Virus genome (UHGV): UHGV-0055357
Source of the DNA: a virus
Strand: one strand, 5' to 3'
Length of the DNA stretch: 42,138 bases
Shown: piece by piece, positions 1-8,166 of the stretch
Position numbering within the stretch: the first letter of the stretch is position 1
Layout: every line of letters begins with the position of its first letter
Translations under genes and position numbers: made by a program
The notes under the pieces: model-generated
Database searches by the model: none
The model's input: only the letters and a program-made list of their open reading frames with translations
Told to the model about the DNA's origin: nothing

Positions 1-49
1 CCGCATGAGCACTCGGGTAAACCGTAATACTGCCGTTCGCGTTCTCTGC

Positions 50-538
50 TCATGCTCCAGACCTCATGTTGCGCACACACCGATTGCGGCGCAGGGCGAT
101 CAGGCCAACGCCGCTGGCGCTGTTCTGCATTGCGCTCAGTTCTGCCAGTAACGTCTGTGCGCGCCGCCATAGCCCGCGCTTTTCGAGCATCGCCACTTGC
201 TCTTCGACGCGTCTGATTTCCGATACGTTATGCACTACTGGAAATTTTTCATAATTATTGCTCTCAACTACAGGAATATAATTACCCGGTGTGCGGTATG
301 TTTTTTTAAGGCCGCATTCCTCGCGAATTAATTTACCCTCATTTGTTAAACGACTTAATACAGCATTGCACTCCCTGCTTGTTATATTCAGTGATTCAGC
401 TATAAACGGCGATGAAGCGCCGGGATTAAGATGAATAAAATTTGCCACTCTTGCTCTGCGTGATAGCGCCATATTATATTTGGCCCCGCAGGGCCAATCT
501 CCGTTATCTGACTTGTAATGATTCCGCGCCTGTTTCAA
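50..538 (-). CDS. hypothetical protein, last visible gene of leftward early operon
   Basis: ORF track, 162 aa. Overlaps the upstream gene by 35 nt, so the true start may be the internal Met near 472. No family recognised. Confidence 0.4.
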   Translation of the reverse strand: MKQARNHYKSDNGDWPCGAKYNMALSRRARVANFIHLNPGASSPFIAESLNITSRECNAVLSRLTNEGKLIREECGLKKTYRTPGNYIPVVESNNYEKFPVVHNVSEIRRVEEQVAMLEKRGLWRRAQTLLAELSAMQNSASGVGLIALRRNRCVRNMRSGA

Positions 539-1001
539 GATGCGCGCCTTTAATATCTAATCCTGCCTCTATAGCCTCTTTTATTTTCTTCTTATCTGGC
601 GCGATAACAGTGGCTATATCAACCAGATCGTCAGGTAGTTGATCAACATTATCAATCACAACCGACAGGGAGCCTTTACGGACGGTAAATGTATTGCGTT
701 CGGTTTTAAATGATTTCATATTTGCGGCTTGCAAACATTTTAATGCGTATTCTTTAAGGCTTTTCGCCTGTCCTTCGAATGATTTTTTGCGGTCAGACAG
801 TCGCTTTGCCTCTTCGCCAACCGTGTTAGCCTGACCTTCCAGATTGCGGACCAGCGTCATGATTCCATCAAATTTTTCACTCAACGCCAGTTCTTCACCT
901 TCAATAGTGTCCGCAATATCGTCAACGGTAAATTCACCTGATTCAACCAGCGATTGTAATTTGCCAATATTCCCTGCGATATTTATTGCTGTGCTGCTCA
1001 T
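504..1001 (-). CDS. Gp157-like protein (siphovirus Gp157 family), recombination-module accessory
   Basis: 165 aa, acidic helical N-half and Lys-rich centre. Pattern resembles Gp157-family proteins that accompany phage single-strand-annealing genes. 4-nt overlap with the upstream 779-aa gene suggests translational coupling. Confidence 0.5.
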   Translation of the reverse strand: MSSTAINIAGNIGKLQSLVESGEFTVDDIADTIEGEELALSEKFDGIMTLVRNLEGQANTVGEEAKRLSDRKKSFEGQAKSLKEYALKCLQAANMKSFKTERNTFTVRKGSLSVVIDNVDQLPDDLVDIATVIAPDKKKIKEAIEAGLDIKGAHLETGAESLQVR

Positions 1002-3337
1002 GCTGTTTGCTCCTGCTGCTCATTTAGTGATTTAATGCGCGCGTCTTTTATTGTGTTCAGGCGGCGTAAACGACTTGCGAGATATTTAGCGTGTTCGGCA
1101 TCGCCTTTGGCTTCGGCTGCTTTCCGGTGTATTTCAATTTCTCGCGCCAGCGTATCAAAAACTTTTTTGGCTTCGTTGGGGGTAACTGCCGTTTCAATTG
1201 TATTTGCCACGCTCGTCATTTTTTCATCGAGTTCAGCGCGGAGGCGGGTAATATCCTCGGCTTTTTCGCTGGCATTTTTAATTGCAAATTCAGTGTTGTT
1301 TTCCGCCAGGTATTCTGGCAGATCATAGAGTCCGAGCCACACATCAGCAGAGAATCCAAGCAGGGATAAGGCCTTTTTAAGCGCATCGGTTAATGATTTC
1401 TTTTGCGCCTCGCCATCACATTTAATTCCGTGTTTCGTTTTGAACATATACGGCGTTGCGCCGTAGGCATATACCGATCCCTCATCAGCACCGATCTGAT
1501 ACCACAGGCGGATTTTAATGCTGTGGTTTTGTTCATACAGCAAGGTGCCGTCACCGTCACGCAACATGCGGTTGCAAATGAATTTTTTATCCTCATAAAC
1601 AGCCTCAGAAAAAGGAGCGCCCGGAATCATTTGGTCCTCTAATATTTCAAAACCCCAACGACTGCCAATAGGTCCAAATATCTCAGTAGCGCGCATAATC
1701 ATGTATTCGGCATTGATGCTGGTTCCCTCAAACCCCATTCCCGCCATTTGTTTTGTGAATCGGGGATCGGTCCGCATGACACTACGCCAGATAGCGAGAT
1801 TGTCCTGGGCCTCGTCGTTTTTGTTAGCCATGTCTTTTTCGAGACTTGCAGCAACGCTCTGAAAATCAACCGGGGTCGGGGTGGCTACAACACGGGCCTC
1901 TTCCGCTTTTTCTCCCTCACCTGAGGCGACCGGGGCCGCTGGTTTTGCCTGCTCACCCATTAACCCATCAATTGAAAACACGCCGTTACCGTGGTTTTTT
2001 ACCTCTGGTTGAACCTCAGTCTTAACCCATTTCGGATCATTTGGGTCGCTGATTCCCTCTACGTATTCACCGCGTTGTGCTGCGAGCTGTTTACTAACGT
2101 CATCATATGACGGCGCATTTTTGAGTTCCGTGTACTGCTCGCGTGTAATCTCCTCGCAACCCTGCTCAATAACCGCTGTCAGTTTTGCCAGCTTATTCGC
2201 GCGCCCAACCTCGCCCTGCGGGGTGCGGTAGTAGAACGGCCCCTGACGCTCTGGTTCTGGTGTGTCTTCCTGCAGCGCTGGCTCACCCTGGCTTGATTCG
2301 TCTGTGTGTGTACCACACGCAATAGCGATCATTCGTGGGTCCGGGTGCTCGTGGTCTGACTCAGTAAGCGTGGTATTCAGGTAGTGTGATAATTTACCCG
2401 GTGTGCTCTCAATATTTTCTGGTGCCGTTTTGACCGCGTAGATGATCATGGCTCGGGAATAATCGAGTACACCCGGAGTATTACGGAACGCGTCAAACAG
2501 AGCGGGGAACGGCTTTTCTTTATACTTAATAATTTCCTTGGCGCGGTTAATGTGCGCGGAACGGAGATTGTAAATATCAAAATCCATCGCTCGTGCATGA
2601 ATACCCAGCGCGATTTCGAGCGCGAGAGAGTTAAAATCATGCACAACATCAGGATTGCGATCCGTGGGATTCCCACCGCCAGCAGTAGTGCCTGACGGGG
2701 TACGTAATTTTTCAGTTGATTCCGGTTCCGTGCGCTCGGGATTTAAACCGCTCTGCCAGTTCGCGAGCTGCGCTTTGATATCAGGCCATTTGCTTGTAGT
2801 TGCGCATTTTTTAACAACGTACTGAATGGCCTCAATAATGCGCTCGGGATACATAGCGACAATTGCCGGAGTTTTACTAATTGCCTCGACAATATGACCG
2901 GGGAATGTTCCAGCTTCATCCTGTGTTAATTCCAGCGCGTCCGGCAGCATATCGGTTGTTATATCTGCGGTGGAGTATTTGACTAATACGGCGATCTTTT
3001 GCTCGCCGGAGAGTTTATTAAAATCCACTGATTTCGGTTCTTCAATGCGCGTAACCGGGTGTCCTAATTCCTCGGACCAGTCATATTCATAAAGAAAATT
3101 TTCATCCCACACATTGAGAGTGGGGCGGGGCATTCCTGGCGCGTCCTCGCAAAGAAAACTTTTAAATGCTGCGTCCTGCGCTCCCGGATATTCCTCAATG
3201 AATGCAAATGAAAGTTTTGCTCGCGCGTGTTTTTCATCACGCGCTTCAAATGCGTAGGCAACTTTGCGAGCGCCGTTTTCTTCAATTGATTTTTCGTCCG
3301 GGATATATGCACCGATATAGACTTTTAATTCTGACAT
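998..3337 (-). CDS. large recombination protein with Rad52/Erf-like single-strand-annealing domain in its C-terminal third
   Basis: 779 aa. C-terminal region (…GATPYMFKTKHGIKCDGEAQKKSLTDALKKALSLLGFSADVW…) resembles the DNA-binding core of Erf/Rad52-type SSAPs. N-terminal ~450 aa not recognised. AGGA ribosome-binding site precedes the ATG at 3337. Confidence 0.55.
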   Translation of the reverse strand: MSELKVYIGAYIPDEKSIEENGARKVAYAFEARDEKHARAKLSFAFIEEYPGAQDAAFKSFLCEDAPGMPRPTLNVWDENFLYEYDWSEELGHPVTRIEEPKSVDFNKLSGEQKIAVLVKYSTADITTDMLPDALELTQDEAGTFPGHIVEAISKTPAIVAMYPERIIEAIQYVVKKCATTSKWPDIKAQLANWQSGLNPERTEPESTEKLRTPSGTTAGGGNPTDRNPDVVHDFNSLALEIALGIHARAMDFDIYNLRSAHINRAKEIIKYKEKPFPALFDAFRNTPGVLDYSRAMIIYAVKTAPENIESTPGKLSHYLNTTLTESDHEHPDPRMIAIACGTHTDESSQGEPALQEDTPEPERQGPFYYRTPQGEVGRANKLAKLTAVIEQGCEEITREQYTELKNAPSYDDVSKQLAAQRGEYVEGISDPNDPKWVKTEVQPEVKNHGNGVFSIDGLMGEQAKPAAPVASGEGEKAEEARVVATPTPVDFQSVAASLEKDMANKNDEAQDNLAIWRSVMRTDPRFTKQMAGMGFEGTSINAEYMIMRATEIFGPIGSRWGFEILEDQMIPGAPFSEAVYEDKKFICNRMLRDGDGTLLYEQNHSIKIRLWYQIGADEGSVYAYGATPYMFKTKHGIKCDGEAQKKSLTDALKKALSLLGFSADVWLGLYDLPEYLAENNTEFAIKNASEKAEDITRLRAELDEKMTSVANTIETAVTPNEAKKVFDTLAREIEIHRKAAEAKGDAEHAKYLASRLRRLNTIKDARIKSLNEQQEQTA

Positions 3338-3346
3338 TTTGTGTCC

Positions 3347-3661
3347 TTAATTTCTGAAGCTGTCGTTAATTTTCTGCTGTTGGCGCGCTATTTCATCACT
3401 CAATTTCTGTGTGAATTCCGCGACAAGCTCTTCAATACTACAAACATCAAATGCGTTATTTACTGCTTTTTCATCCGCTCTGCTGCCTAATGCGGTCAAT
3501 ACAGCAGACTGGATAAAGCGGGGCTTAATTGCCCCTGAAAACCATTCCGATAATTCTTTTTCTTCTTCTTCGCGCATGGCATTAATAACATCAGCATCAA
3601 TGCGTTGTTGTTCAATAGCGTCATAAATAGCGTAAGCTGGCATCATATAACCCTCAGTCAC
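3347..3661 (-). CDS. hypothetical early protein
   Basis: ORF track, 104 aa, co-oriented in the leftward early operon. No family recognised. Confidence 0.55.
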   Translation of the reverse strand: MTEGYMMPAYAIYDAIEQQRIDADVINAMREEEEKELSEWFSGAIKPRFIQSAVLTALGSRADEKAVNNAFDVCSIEELVAEFTQKLSDEIARQQQKINDSFRN

Positions 3662-3857
3662 CCTTTGGTGGCGGTAATATTAATTAGATGTGACAGTCAT
3701 ATACGGAAAGCAAGGTGTCATCAGGAAGTTTATTAATTAATTCATTCACTAACTTATCCCATTCACCCTGGCTCATATTGTCAGTAGAGCAGCCCCACCA
3801 ACCCATTTCACCTTTAGAGATCCCTGCCCGTCAGGGCATAAATAAATTTAATTCTGA

Positions 3858-4064
3858 TTAGTTAATTAACGGATTGCCTTTGCCATCCAATAGAATCTCA
3901 ACAAAATAATCTCTGACGGTTATATTGTCGCGCATATTCGTCATAACTAATTTCCCGCGAGTATTGGCGGTTGCTCTGTATACCCGGTCTTTATATCTGA
4001 CCATTGTTCCGGGTGTTGCACACTGCCGGATTACCTCCTGTGTGCCGTAGTGTTGGTGTTTCAT
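3858..4064 (-). CDS. hypothetical early protein
   Basis: ORF track, 68 aa. 4-nt overlap with the upstream ORF 4061-4411. Confidence 0.45.
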   Translation of the reverse strand: MKHQHYGTQEVIRQCATPGTMVRYKDRVYRATANTRGKLVMTNMRDNITVRDYFVEILLDGKGNPLIN

Positions 4065-4411
4065 GAATTGATTGCCTCACCTTTTTCAGTCGTCGCCGTA
4101 TGCGCCAGGGTGATTTGTGACTTCGCCACTTTTGCTGAATTTATTTCCAGTGCCTCTTTATGTGCTTGTGCCAGATAGTCAGTCCGGCAATCCTCGTCCA
4201 GCGTGTGCCACCATCGCCAGTAACGGTAGGCTAGCTCCATGCGTCTTTTTTCCATTTCCAGCGCTTCGGCGTGGGCCGCTTCAATTGCCGCATCAATATC
4301 CACTTTCCAGGCGAGAGCTGCCGGGATATTGCGATCGCCGATTGCGTCGTCGCGGTGTTCAATCATGTCTTCAATCAGTTCTCTTTCGTTCGCTGGGCGT
4401 GACATTTGCAT
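4061..4411 (-). CDS. hypothetical early protein
   Basis: ORF track, 116 aa, Trp/Arg-rich centre. No family recognised. Confidence 0.5.
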   Translation of the reverse strand: MQMSRPANERELIEDMIEHRDDAIGDRNIPAALAWKVDIDAAIEAAHAEALEMEKRRMELAYRYWRWWHTLDEDCRTDYLAQAHKEALEINSAKVAKSQITLAHTATTEKGEAINS

Positions 4412-4422
4412 CTCCTTTGCTT

Positions 4423-4656
4423 TTATTTGCCAAAAAAACTAAGAACCAGTGAAGCGAACTCCAGTCGCTCTTCCTTGCTGAATTGCTGGTATTTTTCATT
4501 AAAGCGCATTGCGTATTCATACCAGTTCATGATCTCTTCATGAATGATGATCATCACCTCATCATCGTTGGTGCTGGCGGTGATTCGCGCCTGAACTGCT
4601 GGTATAACTACTCGTGCCACTTCCGGTAGGCATTTCAACATTGCATCCATCTTCAT
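4423..4656 (-). CDS. hypothetical protein, first gene of leftward early operon
   Basis: ORF track, 77 aa. Not Arg-rich, so not an obvious lambda N analogue. Confidence 0.5.
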   Translation of the reverse strand: MKMDAMLKCLPEVARVVIPAVQARITASTNDDEVMIIIHEEIMNWYEYAMRFNEKYQQFSKEERLEFASLVLSFFGK

Positions 4657-4701
4657 TTCCTCATCAATCCCTTATCGCCGGGTCGCGGAACTTTTACTGA
4701 G

Positions 4702-4719
4702 TAATCACTGTGCAGTGAT
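4702..4719. promoter_or_regulatory. inverted repeat AATCACTG-TG-CAGTGATT in the leader of the leftward early operon
   Basis: Read directly from sequence. Lies between the candidate leftward promoter and the first early gene, so it could be an operator or an RNA hairpin. Confidence 0.35.
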
Positions 4720-4733
4720 TGTTTTGATGTGGT

Positions 4734-4763
4734 GAATGTAGAATAACCTAAGGTATGAATCAA
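4734..4763 (-). promoter_or_regulatory. candidate PL-like leftward early promoter
   Basis: On the minus strand: TTGATT, 18-bp spacer, TACATT. The spacer contains CCTAAGG, which also occurs in the repressor/cro intergenic region. Confidence 0.3.
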
Positions 4764-4835
4764 GATTTATTTTGTAGAAAAACCTAAATTATATGGCGTG
4801 TGAATTTAACTTAATGAAAGATAAGGAATAAAAAA

Positions 4836-4851
4836 GCCAGCGGGAGCTGGC
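4836..4851 (-). terminator. rho-independent terminator ending the repressor-nuclease transcription unit
   Basis: Minus strand reads GCCAGC-TCCC-GCTGGC followed by TTTTTTATT, 12 nt downstream of the stop of ORF 4863-6017. Confidence 0.6.
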
Positions 4852-4862
4852 TTCTGGATGGA

Positions 4863-6017
4863 TTACGCTTTGTGTTTCTTAAAATTTTCGTCGTTTTGGA
4901 CGAAATGGAGAGAGTCCAGTATCAATCCCGCGATCCGCAGGATGTCCTCGGGTGAGTCCAGGTAAATGCGGTTGCCGTCTGCCTCCAGCCCGGCCCTGGA
5001 TATTTCATTGTAAATTACTGGTGTGAACTCAATAGGGAGTTGAATAGATGAGCGCAACTTTTTGTCATGATATCGAGCTATCCATCTATTTGTTTTTCCT
5101 TTAAATAGTACGGAAAAATAGGACTCTGTATCTTTGCCGTGTAAATCAACGTCTGCTCCCACAATGGCCTGGATTTTTTCGAACACCACCCGCTCGTTAT
5201 AGGTGGTGATAATATTTGGATTGTTGGGGTCGATAATATCAGCAGTCTCATCAATTACGGGTTCGTTGGCTGGATCTGGTTGCTGTACCACTTCCTCAAC
5301 TGCGGGATTGAACGACAGGCCGGATACCACCATTGCGCTGAGTGAGCGCTCTACTGCCTGTTTAACCAGCGGGGTAATTGACTCCAGAAATTTTTGGTTC
5401 AACTGACGTCCGATATTGGCATGGCTGGCAACATAACGAACAAAATCAACGTCAACCTCTTTGAGGCTTGCTGTGATAATTTTGGTGAATGACGATATGT
5501 AAACGCTTTCCTCCGCCAGAGTTCGTAGCGCCTCAGGCTTGAATTTATCGTGACGGAATCTAAAAAGCTGTTCGGCGTCAGCGTCTGAAATATCGTCCAT
5601 CACAACGCGTAAAAACGGCGTTGTGTCCATGATGTTTTTCTCTTTTAAATCAGTAAAAAAGCGCCACTCAACACCGTTAGTTATCGCGGAGATCGTAACT
5701 TCTGGAGTTGAGTTGAAATAGCGGGAGAGCTGCGGGCAATGGTTGTCGATTTTTTCCCGGCAGGATTTTGCTTCGATAAACATGACAGGCACACCCTGGC
5801 AGAATAGCGCGTAATCGACTCGCTCACCACTTTTGACGCCAGGGAAATCGGCGGCATACTCGGCTTTAACTTTCTGCGGATCGTAGGCATTAAAACCTAA
5901 AATATCTAAAAATGGCAGGATTAGCGCCTGTTTCGTGGTTTCTTCAGTTGTGCAGTGTTCCCTAACGTTTTTAACGTGTTCGATGTGATTTTTTAACTTT
6001 TGCTTAAAGCTTTCCAT
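4863..6017 (-). CDS. PD-(D/E)xK nuclease, HsdR-N-terminal-like restriction-endonuclease fold, with uncharacterised C-terminal domain
   Basis: 384 aa. N-terminal motifs ETTKQALILPFLDILGF … RVDYALF … VMFIEAK … QLSRY … ITNGVEWRFF match the D…E-x-K core of the type I HsdR N-terminal nuclease family. Same strand as the repressor and 31 bp downstream of it. Confidence 0.8.
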   Translation of the reverse strand: MESFKQKLKNHIEHVKNVREHCTTEETTKQALILPFLDILGFNAYDPQKVKAEYAADFPGVKSGERVDYALFCQGVPVMFIEAKSCREKIDNHCPQLSRYFNSTPEVTISAITNGVEWRFFTDLKEKNIMDTTPFLRVVMDDISDADAEQLFRFRHDKFKPEALRTLAEESVYISSFTKIITASLKEVDVDFVRYVASHANIGRQLNQKFLESITPLVKQAVERSLSAMVVSGLSFNPAVEEVVQQPDPANEPVIDETADIIDPNNPNIITTYNERVVFEKIQAIVGADVDLHGKDTESYFSVLFKGKTNRWIARYHDKKLRSSIQLPIEFTPVIYNEISRAGLEADGNRIYLDSPEDILRIAGLILDSLHFVQNDENFKKHKA

Positions 6018-6048
6018 GTACTCATCCTTACGATATCCAACAAACTGG

Positions 6049-6459
6049 TTATCTTTTGGACGCGCGCGACCTTGCTTTTAATAACTCACTGAGTCGAATT
6101 CTGTTGTTCTCCACCCTTAGCCGGAGGCTCTCAATTTCAGCCGCGCGGTCAGAGTCCGGTAATTGATCAAACAATTCCAGCAGTTCTTTTTGTTCGGGTG
6201 TTAACTGCTCTAAAAGATCGGGTTTTGGGGCTGGCTCCGTAGGGGTTTGATCCTCGTCACCAAACAGCAACCACGTCGGTGTGCACTGTAATCCGTCGGC
6301 AAGAGCAATAAGCCGCTTCCCCGCTGGCTGTGTCTCGTCTCGTTCCCACTGCGAAATAGTTACGTGAGCAACGCTGACAAGCTTGCCGAGGGCGGCTTGA
6401 GAGAGTTTCAGTTCTTTTCTCCGCTTGAGGAGGCGGGCACCAAAAGTTTCTTTTTTCAT
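6049..6459 (-). CDS. prophage repressor, XRE-family HTH, no S24 peptidase domain
   Basis: 136 aa. N-terminal HTH (LSQAALGKLVSVAHVTISQWE), helical C-terminus. Divergent from the Cro-like gene. No Ala-Gly/Ser-Lys autocleavage module. Confidence 0.85.
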   Translation of the reverse strand: MKKETFGARLLKRRKELKLSQAALGKLVSVAHVTISQWERDETQPAGKRLIALADGLQCTPTWLLFGDEDQTPTEPAPKPDLLEQLTPEQKELLELFDQLPDSDRAAEIESLRLRVENNRIRLSELLKARSRASKR

Positions 6460-6538
6460 TTAAGTTATTCTAATGTCCCTTGACTTAAGATTCCCTACAA
6501 TATAGAGTCCTTAGAAAAACCTAAGGGAGAAGCTCGAC
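6460..6538. promoter_or_regulatory. divergent immunity-region control region with operator-like dyad
   Basis: 79-bp intergenic region between repressor and cro-like gene. Contains TTGACT (6480-6485) and the dyad CCTTAG-AAAAAC-CTAAGG (6509-6526). AAGGGAGAA ribosome-binding site precedes the GTG start at 6539. Confidence 0.5.
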
Positions 6539-6769
6539 GTGTACAAAAATGATGCAATTCGTTTTTTTGGAAATAAAACAAAAGTTGCTGCCGCTGCAGG
6601 TGTAAAACCTGCCTCCGTGTCGGTCTGGGGCGAACTGGTCCCAGAAAAAAATGCGGCGAAATTGCAAATGGTTTCTGGTGGCGTTCTGGTCTATGACCCT
6701 GAGATTTACGCTGAATATAAACGCAACCGCCGCGAGGAACTGAACAATGAAAATCAGTCCTCAAATTGA
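6539..6769 (+). CDS. Cro-like / YdaS-like small DNA-binding regulator
   Basis: 76 aa, GTG start with good ribosome-binding site. Divergent from repressor. AIRFFGNKTKVAAAAGVKPASVSVW resembles Cro/YdaS-type HTH proteins. Confidence 0.7.
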   Translation: MYKNDAIRFFGNKTKVAAAAGVKPASVSVWGELVPEKNAAKLQMVSGGVLVYDPEIYAEYKRNRREELNNENQSSN

Positions 6770-7193
6770 GGCTGTTGCCACTGCTGTTAATCAGTGGGCA
6801 GCGAGCGAGGGCTGGCAAACCGTCGGCCTGGATATAGCAGCACAATATCACTACGAGGGTGGCGGCAGTTTACTACCCGATCCAGACAGTGACCAGGACA
6901 ACGCCAGGCAACGGGTGCGCCGTATTTTTCAGAACTGTGACGGCCCACGCTACAGCGCAATGGCAGCAGAGCTGACAGGCCCGGCATTACGTGCAATGCC
7001 TGTCATGCGAAGTGCTGCTGTGTCGATGCCTGATGCGCCGCAGTATTTATCCGCTCTGGCTCTCAAAGAGATCACGGAGTTTTTAAACGCCGTCAACCTG
7101 GGCGCACCTGATCGCGAGCTGTGCAAAGAGGGGCGAGAGGCGCGCGAGGCGTTCAATCGGTTATTTAACACGGTGATCCCGGCAGGGCACTAA
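6747..7193 (+). CDS. hypothetical regulatory protein in the cII position
   Basis: 148 aa between cro-like gene and O. No sequence similarity to lambda cII recognised; the call is positional. Confidence 0.5.
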   Translation: MKISPQIEAVATAVNQWAASEGWQTVGLDIAAQYHYEGGGSLLPDPDSDQDNARQRVRRIFQNCDGPRYSAMAAELTGPALRAMPVMRSAAVSMPDAPQYLSALALKEITEFLNAVNLGAPDRELCKEGREAREAFNRLFNTVIPAGH

Positions 7194-7212
7194 ACGGCAT
7201 CAGGCGGTCCGC

Positions 7213-8166
7213 GTGGCAGAAATTGAAGACGGTTATACGCGCATTGCTAATGATCTTTACGAGGCACTGATAGGCGCAGATTTGACAAAAGTTCAAAGCA
7301 AAGTCGCGCACGCAGTATGCCGCAAAACATACGGGTTTAATAAAAAAATGGACCGAATATCGGACGGGCAGTTAGCTGAAATAACCAGATTGCCGCGGCA
7401 AAAAGTTAATGCTGCGAAAAACGAACTTATATCCATGAAGATTATAAATCGTGAATGTGGATTAATTGGTATAAATAAAAATATCGCCGATTGGGATATT
7501 AACGGCTCACATCACAGTATTAATAATGTCACCAAAACAGTGACAAAAACTGTCACCAAAACAGGGACAGAATGTGTCACCGATTTGGTGACAAAAGAGG
7601 TGGAAGAAAGTGTCCCCAATTTGGTGACAGATGAAAGCAATGATGTCACCAAAACAGTGACAAAAACTGTCACCAAAACAGGGACACACAAAAGACAAAA
7701 GAAAGTAAATACTAAAAGATCTTCGTCAGAGAATTCTAACGATTCCTCTGACGAGCAATTACAGAAATTTTTATCAGCCCATCCTGATGCGGTGATTTAT
7801 ACCCCGTCCGGGGCAAAGTGGGGAAACGCTGATGACCTGCGTTGTGCTGAATGGCTTTCCGCCGTGGTTGAAACAATCAGGCCGTCTGCAACAAACCGAA
7901 ATATGACCTCGTGGGCAAACGACGTCCGCATGATGCGTTCGCTGGATAATCGCTCACACCGTGAAATCTGTGAGTTATTCAAATGGGCGTCCAGTGATGC
8001 TTTCTGGTGCTCGAATATTTTATCTCCTGCAAAACTGCGTGAGAAGTGGGACACGCTCGCGATACAGCGTGACGCCGGAGGACGTAAACAGCGGCAGGAA
8101 AATTTAAACCACGGTGACGATTCCGAGCACTGGAATAGCCCTGAGGCCTGGAGTGATTTTATATGA
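7213..8166 (+). CDS. O: replication initiator protein O
   Basis: 317 aa. N-terminal domain aligns by eye with lambda O (DGYxRxxNxL … GADLTKxQxKV … RKTYGxNKxMDRIxDxQLxEITxLP). Central VTKTVTKTVTKTG repeats are the coding image of the iterons. Confidence 0.9.
   Translation: MAEIEDGYTRIANDLYEALIGADLTKVQSKVAHAVCRKTYGFNKKMDRISDGQLAEITRLPRQKVNAAKNELISMKIINRECGLIGINKNIADWDINGSHHSINNVTKTVTKTVTKTGTECVTDLVTKEVEESVPNLVTDESNDVTKTVTKTVTKTGTHKRQKKVNTKRSSSENSNDSSDEQLQKFLSAHPDAVIYTPSGAKWGNADDLRCAEWLSAVVETIRPSATNRNMTSWANDVRMMRSLDNRSHREICELFKWASSDAFWCSNILSPAKLREKWDTLAIQRDAGGRKQRQENLNHGDDSEHWNSPEAWSDFI
7527..7686 (+). repeat. origin of replication: six ~19-bp iterons inside the O gene
   Basis: Copies of TGTCACC-N5-RGKGACA start at 7527, 7551, 7575, 7611, 7644 and 7668, followed by an A-rich tract 7687-7721. 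Same architecture as ori-lambda. Confidence 0.75.

Noticed and set aside
6495-6851. 118-aa minus-strand ORF spanning the cro-like gene and operator region
   Set aside because: It overlaps the divergent promoter region and the better-supported plus-strand genes, and has no ribosome-binding site or family signal.
6539-7193. Reading the cro-like and downstream genes as a YdaS/YdaT-type toxin-antitoxin pair
   Set aside because: Their position (divergent from the repressor, upstream of O) and the HTH in the first protein fit Cro/cII-type lysis-lysogeny regulators better.
7527-7686. Regular short repeats that could be mistaken for a CRISPR array
   Set aside because: The repeats are dyad iterons with very short spacers inside a coding region, and there is no leader or cas gene. 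Origin iterons explain them.
7507-7698. 63-aa antisense ORF inside the O gene with repeated CxCFGD motifs
   Set aside because: It is the reverse-strand reading of the iteron repeats; the plus-strand O protein has clear lambda O homology.
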